DNA from: Lutibacter sp.
GTDB taxonomy: Bacteria > Bacteroidota > Bacteroidia > Flavobacteriales > Flavobacteriaceae
DNA length: 37,150 nucleotides
NCBI GenBank assembly: GCA_004195315.1
Contig: SDWL01000001.1
Span: 1-37,150, forward strand
Direction: 5' to 3'
Part shown: in pieces, positions 28,957 to 36,487 of the stretch
How positions within the stretch are numbered: the stretch's first letter is position 1
How the letters are laid out: each line of letters begins with the position of its first letter
Position numbers and translations under genes: made by a program
The notes under the pieces: generated by a model
Databases searched by the model: none
What the model was told of the DNA's origin: nothing
What the model saw: the letters and a program-made list of their open reading frames with translations, nothing else

Positions 28957-29148
28957 ATGGGAAATAAAAAAAGAACAGAAAAAGAATTAGACAAGATGTT
29001 AGAAAGTATTTTTGGTAAAAACAAAGATTTAGGTTTAAGCACAAAGAAAAAAACTTTTTGCGAATGCCAAAACCCAATTTACAATTACCCTGAAATGGTT
29101 TGGTGCGATAACTGTACTAAAGAAATAGTAGATAAGCCAAAAGAATAA
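28957..29148 (+). CDS. small CxC...CxxC Zn-finger-like cassette protein
   Basis: FCECQ...WCDNC; lies wholly inside GTT...AAC segment 28923-29173. Confidence 0.7.
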   Translation: MGNKKRTEKELDKMLESIFGKNKDLGLSTKKKTFCECQNPIYNYPEMVWCDNCTKEIVDKPKE

Positions 29149-29222
29149 AGTTAAACCTTTATTACGGGTTAACTTTACTGCGTATATGGCAAGATTTTTA
29201 AATAAAAAAACACAAAACAAAA

Positions 29223-29531
29223 ATGGATAGAAGTGAGATTTTAGATAAGATAGAAGAAATACAAGACGACGTTGACGCAAAGGGATTTATGGGGAGTAAC
29301 GAAAACGATCTTTGGAGAAGAGAGGCGATAGCAGACTATATAATTAAAAATTTTGTTATATGCTCGAGTTCTCTACAGTTAAAGGAAAATGAAACACTAA
29401 CTTTCGATGAATGGTATAAAACATTTGGATATTCAAAAACAATTGCACAAACCTATATAAAAAGAGGAATAAGATATAGTGAAGATGCTATGCGTAGTAT
29501 GTATAAGACAGAATATTTACATCAGCTTTAA
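29223..29531 (+). CDS. cassette protein crossing the GTT site at 29368
   Basis: KNFVICSSSLQL is encoded by the site. Confidence 0.75.
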   Translation: MDRSEILDKIEEIQDDVDAKGFMGSNENDLWRREAIADYIIKNFVICSSSLQLKENETLTFDEWYKTFGYSKTIAQTYIKRGIRYSEDAMRSMYKTEYLHQL

Positions 29532-29622
29532 TTGTTTAGAACTTTACACGATATGACCTTTTAAAAAAATAGGAATGCAAATGGCGATAGCCAAATATTA
29601 ATAATTAAAATAACAAAATATT

Positions 29623-29835
29623 ATGATAACAGAAGAATTATTTTATAACAAAGAATTATGTGATATAATTAGAGATATGGTTTTAAAAAGTGCTTGTAAT
29701 TTTGAAGATGCAAAAGAATTATTAGAGTTATCTTCTGATTATAAAAGGGATTCATTTATTATTAAAAAGCTAAAAAACTGTGGAGTTAGCACAAGAGAAG
29801 TAAGAAGAATAATATGTATGATAAATAACAGTTAA
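29623..29835 (+). CDS. hypothetical cassette protein
   Basis: inside AAC...GTT segment 29540-29882. Confidence 0.7.
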   Translation: MITEELFYNKELCDIIRDMVLKSACNFEDAKELLELSSDYKRDSFIIKKLKNCGVSTREVRRIICMINNS

Positions 29836-30032
29836 TAAAACGTGTAGATGGCTAATTTTTTTAATTGGTTATATTGAGAGTTAGTAGCTTTTTTAGGGAA
29901 GTTTTTCTAGCAGAAAATAAAAGTTAAACAAACATTGGTTAAATATAGAAGCGAACAAACACGGCGTAATATGCTAAAATTGCTTACTAACTGAATAGTA
30001 TAAGAAATGAATTAATAAAAACAAAACAAATT

Positions 30033-30182
30033 ATGAGAAAGCAATTTGAAGATGAAAAGAACCTTACCAAAATTGATTTTTGTGAGTGTATTAGCAGAAC
30101 AGGAATAGTTGGAGAAGAGTTTGAGCAATGGACTTGCCCTAGTTGTAAAAAGATAGTGTTTAACAAAAATAGAATGTACTAA
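30033..30182 (+). CDS. small CxC...CxxC Zn-finger-like cassette protein, 49 aa
   Basis: MRKQFEDEKNLTKIDFCECISRTGIVGEEFEQWTCPSCKKIVFNKNRMY. Confidence 0.65.
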   Translation: MRKQFEDEKNLTKIDFCECISRTGIVGEEFEQWTCPSCKKIVFNKNRMY

Positions 30183-30245
30183 GTAATTTATTTTTTATAC
30201 ATAGTTATTAAATTGTTAAAGAATAAAAATAAAACAGATATTATT

Positions 30246-30437
30246 ATGAACGCAAAAGACACAGCAAAAAGAATTGTAGACAAATTTATTTTATTAGGAG
30301 CTGCACCATTTGTAGCTAAAGAATGCTCATTATTTTTAGTAGATGAATTGATTGATGAAAAAAAACACGATCAAAAATGGCATTGGAATAGAAACGGACA
30401 TTGGTTTCAGGTAAAACAAGAAATAAATAAACTTTAA
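30246..30437 (+). CDS. hypothetical cassette protein
   Basis: MNAKDTAKRIVDKF...AKECSLFLVDELI...WFQVKQEINKL; ATG 30246 preferred. Confidence 0.75.
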   Translation: MNAKDTAKRIVDKFILLGAAPFVAKECSLFLVDELIDEKKHDQKWHWNRNGHWFQVKQEINKL

Positions 30438-30491
30438 TTGTTTAGAACTGTACACATAAATGATTAGTAAATAACAAAAAAAATAATAATT

Positions 30492-30791
30492 ATGAGAATA
30501 TCAGAAAAAGTTTTAAGAGAAGAATTAGAAAGACAAGAAATATTTTTAAAAACAGAGAAGAATTTAGGGTTTAAGATTAGTATAGAAAATAAAATACTGG
30601 AGTTGAAACAGGATTTATTAATTATTTGCAAGAGTTCTCTACAGTTGCCGAGTTTAGATGAAGTAAATGCCGAGATTGTAGATGTTGTTGGTAGAAATAA
30701 ACTATCGAAAAAACTTATTTTAACAAATAATGAATGGGCTGGGTTTGAGATAGGTTTCCGTAAATGTTACAAGTGGTTACTTAATAGGTAA
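30492..30791 (+). CDS. cassette protein crossing the GTT site at 30634
   Basis: DLLIICKSSLQL is encoded by the site. Confidence 0.75.
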   Translation: MRISEKVLREELERQEIFLKTEKNLGFKISIENKILELKQDLLIICKSSLQLPSLDEVNAEIVDVVGRNKLSKKLILTNNEWAGFEIGFRKCYKWLLNR

Positions 30792-30855
30792 TTGTTTAGA
30801 ACTTTAGAGTGTTTGGCTATTTTAAGTAAGTATTAACAAATTTAATTTATATAAA

Positions 30856-31077
30856 ATGAAAAAAGATATAGGAATAATTATTACAAATAAAGATGATGTT
30901 AAATTAGCTAAACGTATAGTTAGCAACCGTTTTAAAATTGGTTCTAAATGGAAATACAAGTACTATAAAGATGTGGAAAGAGAAATAGCATCTGAATTTG
31001 GAAGATATAAAGTAAAAATGACTAATGGACAAGTATTTTCTAAAATATTCCTAACCAAACATTATACACCATTTTAA
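30856..31077 (+). CDS. cassette protein crossing the GTT site at 30919
   Basis: KLAKRIVSNRF is encoded by the site. Confidence 0.7.
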   Translation: MKKDIGIIITNKDDVKLAKRIVSNRFKIGSKWKYKYYKDVEREIASEFGRYKVKMTNGQVFSKIFLTKHYTPF

Positions 31078-31121
31078 TATGTTTGCTAACTACATTAGAA
31101 TATGAATTTTAAAAATAAATT

Positions 31122-31286
31122 ATGGTTAGAGATATAACAGATATTATACAAACACTTTTAATATTGTACTTACTTTTTAGAGTAAGACAACAAGGTGGAT
31201 TAATAAACGAGATAACTAAAGAACTCTTAAAAACAGTAAGGAAAGTTTTTAATTGTTTATATGCAATAGTTGGTATTATGTTTTAG
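31122..31286 (+). CDS. small cassette protein, 54 aa, crossing the GTT site at 31269
   Basis: MVRDITDIIQTLLILYLLFRVRQQGGLINEITKELLKTVRKVFNCLYAIVGIMF. Confidence 0.55.
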   Translation: MVRDITDIIQTLLILYLLFRVRQQGGLINEITKELLKTVRKVFNCLYAIVGIMF

Positions 31287-31426
31287 GGTATTTATCCTAG
31301 CAGAATATTAATAAGACGATTACCAAAGGACAGAAAACAATTAGGAAAAACACATAGTAATATGCTAAAATTAATTGCAACTGTACACGTAAATGATTAG
31401 ATTTTAATAAACACAAAAGCATTACT

Positions 31427-31738
31427 ATGAATACAGATAAATTAGTAGAAATAAGACATAGAATACTGAACAATATAAAAGATGACAACCTTGAAGTTTT
31501 ATGGGCTTTAAATGATTTAGATACACTGATATATAAAGAAGAAAATTTAATTATTTGCAAGAGTTGTCTACTGTTAAACAATAGTTTGAAAGAAGGCGAT
31601 ACTGTAATTTATAATAGTGAAAAATTTACAATTAATTTCATAGAATTAAAACATAAAGTTGCAGATATTACAAGTGAATGTAAAACCCTTATATGTGGAA
31701 ATGTGCCATTGAGTAAATTAACAAAAATTGTTTTATAG
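31427..31738 (+). CDS. cassette protein crossing the GTT site at 31563
   Basis: ENLIICKSCLLL is encoded by the site; the C-half LKEGDTVIY looks SH3/KOW-like. Confidence 0.75.
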   Translation: MNTDKLVEIRHRILNNIKDDNLEVLWALNDLDTLIYKEENLIICKSCLLLNNSLKEGDTVIYNSEKFTINFIELKHKVADITSECKTLICGNVPLSKLTKIVL

Positions 31739-31896
31739 TTTACAACTGTAAATTATATGATTTGTACGGTGGCCACAAAATGCAAATTATAGATAATAAA
31801 ACAACGGCCGAGCCTATTACCATTGATTTTTATATAAGGCCAAAAGATAGTATAAATTATATGAATAGTTATTATTAGTTAAAAAGAGATACAAAA

Positions 31897-32106
31897 ATGA
31901 GTTTATTATATAAGAAAAAAGAAGATATAAGTACAGAAGTAGAGTTTAAACAACTTAAAGATGGAAAAATAACATTAGAGTTTAGTGCTGACTGTGGAAA
32001 GTTTGGGACTGACGAACCCCTTGATGGATATATACTAACACCTGAAAGATTATTACAAATTTTACAAGAAAGGGCTGATATTACAGACGAAGAAATGGAG
32101 TTTTAA
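31897..32106 (+). CDS. hypothetical acidic cassette protein
   Basis: inside GTT...AAC segment 31868-32117. Confidence 0.7.
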   Translation: MSLLYKKKEDISTEVEFKQLKDGKITLEFSADCGKFGTDEPLDGYILTPERLLQILQERADITDEEMEF

Positions 32107-32165
32107 TTAATTTTAACTGTACACGTATAACAGAATAACGATTTAATAACTAAAATTATAATATT

Positions 32166-32438
32166 ATGAATAAAGATTTTAAAATAGTAGAAGTTTCTGA
32201 AAATGAGTTTATAGTATACAAAAAATATATAGATAAAAAAACAATTGGCTATTTATGGTGGGAAAAAACAATAAACATTGATAGTTGGGAAAGGATAACA
32301 AAAAAAGGAGAAAGACTAAGTTTTAATAACTACATTTTTCAAATACAAACCTATGATTTAATAGAATATACTAATATTGAAGAAGCAAGGAAGTTTATTA
32401 AAGACGTAAATAAATATCCTAAAAAACACACTATATAA
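32166..32438 (+). CDS. hypothetical cassette protein
   Basis: inside AAC...GTT segment 32115-32471. Confidence 0.7.
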   Translation: MNKDFKIVEVSENEFIVYKKYIDKKTIGYLWWEKTINIDSWERITKKGERLSFNNYIFQIQTYDLIEYTNIEEARKFIKDVNKYPKKHTI

Positions 32439-32468
32439 TTACTAAAGTAAGTTATACTGTTATGCGGA

Positions 32469-32581
32469 GTTAACTGTGGGCTTTGGGAGGAAATGGAACG
32501 TAGATAATAAATAAAAGAATTACGAATAAATTAAAAGACAGTTATTGTTGAGGTGCAAGGCAAACCCAACTCACTTTTAAC
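32469..32581 (+). repeat. 113-bp non-coding cassette segment, copy 1
   Basis: roughly 85% identical by eye to 32772-32884. Confidence 0.9.
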
Positions 32582-32638
32582 TGTATTAGATAAAATTTAG
32601 TTTTAGGTAAAATATAAAAATAAATTAATAAAAAAACA

Positions 32639-32776
32639 ATGACACTAAGAGAACAATTTAGAAAAGAAAAAAACATAATAGGTGGAAAAAAATGGATTAA
32701 TTATGTAAACTGGGGTTCTTACGAAAAAGATTATGTAAACTGGCTTGAAGCTAAAATTAATTTTATTGATAGTTAA
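32639..32776 (+). CDS. small cassette protein, 45 aa, ending at the GTT site
   Basis: MTLREQFRKEKNIIGGKKWINYVNWGSYEKDYVNWLEAKINFIDS*; the stop is formed by AGT TAA across the site. Confidence 0.6.
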   Translation: MTLREQFRKEKNIIGGKKWINYVNWGSYEKDYVNWLEAKINFIDS

Positions 32777-32884
32777 CTGTGGGTTTTGGGAGGAAATTGA
32801 ACGTAGATAATAAATAAAAGAGCTACCATAAAGACTAAAACAATTATTGTTGAGGTTCAAGGCAAACCCAACTCACAGATTAAC
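32772..32884 (+). repeat. 113-bp non-coding cassette segment, copy 2
   Basis: GTTAACTGTGGG...CCCAACTCAC...TTAAC, duplicate of 32469-32581. Confidence 0.9.
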
Positions 32885-32940
32885 TGTATTACGAAATGAT
32901 TACACTTTAAGGAATATTGACAAATTAAATAAATAAAGAA

Positions 32941-33162
32941 ATGAAAAAAATGAATTTTGCTATTAGATTAGCTGGAGCGTTAATAATATATTGGATAATA
33001 TACAACACTTACTTTGGTTGGAATGAAAAACCACTTAGTCAAACAGAATTAAACTTAGACAATATTTATAAATATGGAATGTACTTTTGTACTTGGCTTT
33101 ATTTTTTGCCACTTTTAGATGTGTACGAACGTTTTATAGAAAAACACGAACGTAAAAGTTAA
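32941..33162 (+). CDS. two-TM membrane cassette protein
   Basis: two hydrophobic segments; inside segment 32882-33176. Confidence 0.7.
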   Translation: MKKMNFAIRLAGALIIYWIIYNTYFGWNEKPLSQTELNLDNIYKYGMYFCTWLYFLPLLDVYERFIEKHERKS

Positions 33163-33302
33163 TTATTTTGATAGTTAGCATTAGTTAAAGACAAGTACAA
33201 AAAAGTTAGCGTTTAAACAAAACAAGATAATTGGCATTAAGTAGTTGAGGTTTTTGCAATGTGAACTTTAATTAACTTGCTAACTACTGATAAAAAAACA
33301 TT

Positions 33303-33560
33303 ATGCAATACAAAACAGTAACATTATCAATACATTACGAATTGAAAATAAGATTTAAACATTGTAATTATATAATGTTTACTGATGATTTGAAAAGTGT
33401 GTTTAATTATAAATCAGGTAGTGAAATTACAACATCTAACAATATGAAAAGAGGGTTTTGGTTTAATCGTAAATTTTATATATTAGATAAAATAGAAGAC
33501 ATGATTGAATTGATACCGAAATACGAATATAATTATAATGATATATTGACAAATTTATGA
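33303..33560 (+). CDS. hypothetical protein, 85 aa
   Basis: first ORF after the array. Confidence 0.7.
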   Translation: MQYKTVTLSIHYELKIRFKHCNYIMFTDDLKSVFNYKSGSEITTSNNMKRGFWFNRKFYILDKIEDMIELIPKYEYNYNDILTNL

Positions 33561-33994
33561 AAAAAATAATAATAATATTAGTAGTTTTAATGTTGATTAG
33601 TTGTAGGTCGAAAAAAGAATACATACATACAACATCAAATGATACTATCAGGATTAATAGCATTGTAAAGATAGTTCCTAAACAGTTAAACAGCTTAGTT
33701 ATTGATAATGTTTGCGATTCAATAGGTATAGCAAATCCGTTTAACTATACATTCATATCTAATAATGTTAAAGGAACTGTAAAAAGTGAACATAACAAGA
33801 TTAAAATCGATGTAAATATAGATAGTATTGTTAATTCTTTTAAAGAAGAATATATAAGTAGTTTTAAAAGTAAAAATAAATTATTAATTGAAGAAGTTAA
33901 AAGACCGTTTAATTTGTATAGTATATTATTAAATGTTATATTAGCGGCTTGGATATTTAGGAAACCTATTTTTAGATTAATTAAACCTATATAA
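33557..33994 (+). CDS. lipoprotein with C-terminal TM, candidate unimolecular spanin
   Basis: MKKIIIILVVLMLISC lipobox and C-terminal LYSILLNVILAAWIF. Confidence 0.6.
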   Translation: MKKIIIILVVLMLISCRSKKEYIHTTSNDTIRINSIVKIVPKQLNSLVIDNVCDSIGIANPFNYTFISNNVKGTVKSEHNKIKIDVNIDSIVNSFKEEYISSFKSKNKLLIEEVKRPFNLYSILLNVILAAWIFRKPIFRLIKPI

Positions 33995-34021
33995 TTATAG
34001 TTAATAACTTATAAAATAAAT

Positions 34022-35140
34022 ATGAGCTCAAGAAGATTATCACCAGAAGTAGCAACACAATTAGGATTAGAAATTAAACCAATTAACAGAGAAAAGGAAG
34101 CTTTCGGAAATCCTAAATATTATTTAAGTAAAAAACAATTAAAAAAACTAAATAAATTAAGAGAAGGAATTTTTAATAGCTGCGATACATTAGACGTAAA
34201 TACTGAAAATGTTAAACATTTATGGAAAAAAACAAAAGAAGAAAGCGTATTTATTAAAAACCCTGACTATGTAGAGAAAATAGAAGTTGAATTTTCAACT
34301 CTTAAAGATGATTTAATAAAAGACTTAAAGCAATACAGCCCTAAGTTTACTAAATTAATTAGAAAAAAAGATACTGAAAGTTATTTACTTGTTATCGATC
34401 CTGCTGATATTCACATCGGTAAACTTGCATCAGGCTTTGAATGTGGTGAGGATTATAACAACCAGATAGCAGTACAAAGAGTTTTAGAAGGTGTGAAAGG
34501 TATATTAGATAAATGTCAAGGTTTTAATATAGACAAAATACTATTCATTGGAGGTAATGATATATTACATATTGATACACCTAAAAGAACTACTACAAGT
34601 GGTACTTTTCAAGATACAGATGGAATGTGGCATAGTAATTTTTTAATAGCTAAAAAGTTATATGTTGATGTTTTAGAATTATTAATTACTGTTGCCGATG
34701 TACATTTTGATTTCAATCCATCAAATCACGACTATACAAATGGATTCTTTTTAGCCCAGGTAATTGAAACATACTTTAAAAATTGTAGCAACATAACTTT
34801 TGATTGTAGTATATCACATAGAAAAGGTTTTAAGTACTTCAATAATTTAATTGGAACAACTCACGGAGATGGCGCAAAGATGCAAGATTTACCTTTGTTA
34901 ATAGCTACTGAATACCCTAAAGAATGGGCAAGTACTAAACATAGATATGTATATACTCACCACGTACATCATAAAGTGTCAAAAGATTATATAGGTTTAA
35001 CTGTTGAGAGTTTGAGAAGCCCAAGCGGAACTGACAGTTGGCATCATAGGAATGGTTTTGAACACGCTCCAAAAGCTATTGAAGGATTTTTACATCATAA
35101 GACACAAGGACAAATAGCAAGAATAACACATATTTTCTAA
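34022..35140 (+). CDS. calcineurin-like metallophosphoesterase
   Basis: DIHIG, GGNDILH, SNHD, HGD, HHVHH motifs. Confidence 0.85.
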   Translation: MSSRRLSPEVATQLGLEIKPINREKEAFGNPKYYLSKKQLKKLNKLREGIFNSCDTLDVNTENVKHLWKKTKEESVFIKNPDYVEKIEVEFSTLKDDLIKDLKQYSPKFTKLIRKKDTESYLLVIDPADIHIGKLASGFECGEDYNNQIAVQRVLEGVKGILDKCQGFNIDKILFIGGNDILHIDTPKRTTTSGTFQDTDGMWHSNFLIAKKLYVDVLELLITVADVHFDFNPSNHDYTNGFFLAQVIETYFKNCSNITFDCSISHRKGFKYFNNLIGTTHGDGAKMQDLPLLIATEYPKEWASTKHRYVYTHHVHHKVSKDYIGLTVESLRSPSGTDSWHHRNGFEHAPKAIEGFLHHKTQGQIARITHIF

Positions 35141-35200
35141 AATAATTAGTTTATATCAAATAAATTTTATAATTTAGCAAAGAATTTAAAACTTAACATT

Positions 35201-35302
35201 ATGAATAAATTAGGAATAGCACTTTTATACGCAGTTTGCGTTACGTTTACATTAGTATTCACAACTTTTACTATTTACGCATTTACATTAATGTTATGTT
35301 AA
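35201..35302 (+). CDS. 33-aa hydrophobic peptide
   Basis: MNKLGIALLYAVCVTFTLVFTTFTIYAFTLMLC with an A-rich leader. Confidence 0.4.
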   Translation: MNKLGIALLYAVCVTFTLVFTTFTIYAFTLMLC

Positions 35303-35359
35303 CGGTTGGGAGCGTCTATCATACCCATTTTTGAGGTTACTTAGTGGATTGAGTAATTG

Positions 35360-35387
35360 AACCCTTTACACATTGTAAGGGGTTTTT
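35360..35387 (+). terminator. intrinsic terminator between convergent operons
   Basis: ACCCTTTACA-CAT-TGTAAGGGGT followed by a T-run. Confidence 0.75.
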
Positions 35388-35430
35388 GTATAGTTATAAG
35401 TATATAAAAAAAATAAAAAGTAGACACGTA

Positions 35431-35784
35431 TTAATACAACCAAGTAACATCTTTAGTTTTTTCAGCGTCAATATCACAATGAATAAAAGTCTTTGCTATA
35501 CCTATACGATTGAATCCTACTTGTTTTAATGCGTTTTCTATTACAAAACGACTTCTGCTATCAATACATTTTATATCACACGCTAAACCCCTTAAATGAC
35601 TTGAATCGGGAACGCCTTTAATTTTTATATTATGCTTTTCTGTACGGTAACCACTATTAATAATAAATGGAATGTTCGCAATGTGACGAGCTTCATCTAA
35701 CATAGATAAAAAAGTACTATCCATATTAACACCTGAACCTTTTAAATCAGAACTATCAAATTCATTTATGTTAAAATACCTCAT
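35431..35784 (-). CDS. endolysin, peptidase M15 family
   Basis: INSGYRT...HN...SSHLRGLACDI...RIGIAKTFIHCD. Confidence 0.9.
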   Translation of the reverse strand: MRYFNINEFDSSDLKGSGVNMDSTFLSMLDEARHIANIPFIINSGYRTEKHNIKIKGVPDSSHLRGLACDIKCIDSRSRFVIENALKQVGFNRIGIAKTFIHCDIDAEKTKDVTWLY

Positions 35785-35930
35785 TTTTTTTTATTTAAGA
35801 AATACCATTTATTAATAGTGTATCCTATGGTTATAACTAATAATAATATTTTTAAAATATTGTCTAAATTTGTAAATTGTGCTGTTAATAATGATATTCC
35901 ATTTATGAAATATAATTTTAAATCACTCAT
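35781..35930 (-). CDS. small membrane protein, holin/antiholin candidate, 49 aa
   Basis: MSDLKLYFINGISLLTAQFTNLDNILKILLLVITIGYTINKWYFLNKKK; ATGA overlap with the endolysin. Confidence 0.65.
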   Translation of the reverse strand: MSDLKLYFINGISLLTAQFTNLDNILKILLLVITIGYTINKWYFLNKKK

Positions 35931-35941
35931 TCCGTTGTGGG

Positions 35942-36121
35942 TTACTTTTTAATTCTATTATATAAATCTATTACTCCTTGTGTTCCGATATACATTAATG
36001 CTATATAAACCCACTCAGAACCGCTAATACTTCCTTTTAAAATTAACATAGTTGCAACTACAAAAACTGTTAATTTTTTACTAATTGTTAAGTTTAAAAT
36101 TTTATCAATATATCCTTTCAT
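35942..36121 (-). CDS. holin candidate, 59 aa, two TM
   Basis: MKGYIDKILNLTISKKLTVFVVATMLILKGSISGSEWVYIALMYIGTQGVIDLYNRIKK. Confidence 0.65.
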   Translation of the reverse strand: MKGYIDKILNLTISKKLTVFVVATMLILKGSISGSEWVYIALMYIGTQGVIDLYNRIKK

Positions 36122-36486
36122 AATTCTTTTAATTTCAAATGATACTCATCTTTTAACGCCAACCTTTCTTGAAGTATATTCTCAGGTATTAAGCTACCAT
36201 CAATCATATTTCTTTCAATCGCTTCTTTCATTCCTACAATATCACTAATCCTCTGCGAATATTCAGACCTTAAATTAATCTGTTTTTGTTCGAGTGATAA
36301 CTCAACCTTTTCAATTATTGGAGCAACATAATCATAAAAACCAAAGCGTGATAAATCAGCGTGATAACTTATGTTTGTGTTATTCCATACTTTTGGAAAT
36401 CTATTTTCTGTAAATCTCACTTCTTCACCTACTTTTTTAAGTGGCAAATTGTGATTGTTTTCTGCTGTTATTATTATTGCTTTCAT
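36118..36486 (-). CDS. hypothetical protein (possible fibre assembly protein)
   Basis: follows the fibre gene; IPENILQERLALK resembles fibre chaperone C-termini. Confidence 0.6.
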   Translation of the reverse strand: MKAIIITAENNHNLPLKKVGEEVRFTENRFPKVWNNTNISYHADLSRFGFYDYVAPIIEKVELSLEQKQINLRSEYSQRISDIVGMKEAIERNMIDGSLIPENILQERLALKDEYHLKLKEL

Positions 36487-36487
36487 A

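Larger units (their letters stand above)
27402..33284 (+). mobile_element. integron-like array of alternating AAC...GTT and GTT...AAC hairpin segments (15+15), no integrase
   Basis: AAC cores at 27402, 28246, 28623, 28798, 29171, 29540, 29989, 30446, 30800, 31088, 31379, 31744, 32115, 32579, 32882, 33282; GTT cores at 28067, 28513, 28691, 28923, 29368, 29880, 30204, 30634, 30919, 31269, 31563, 31868, 32469, 32772, 33174; the two ends of each segment are imperfect inverted repeats. The structure is directly visible; mobility is inferred. Confidence 0.75.

Noticed and set aside
32469-32884. 113-bp duplicates as a DGR template/variable repeat pair
   Set aside because: Differences are not confined to adenines, both copies are non-coding, and no reverse transcriptase is present
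27402-33284. Array as a CRISPR array
   Set aside because: No constant direct repeat with uniform 30-40 nt spacers, the intervening DNA encodes ORFs, and no cas genes are recognisable
20361-33663. Minus-strand ORFs 20361, 21388, 24741, 25035, 28845, 29035, 31297, 32645, 33463 and alternate-frame ORF 24380
   Set aside because: Overlap better-supported plus-strand genes; low-complexity shadow translations
34022-35140. Metallophosphoesterase as a novel defence system
   Set aside because: A common phage gene family with no partner genes or context suggesting a system
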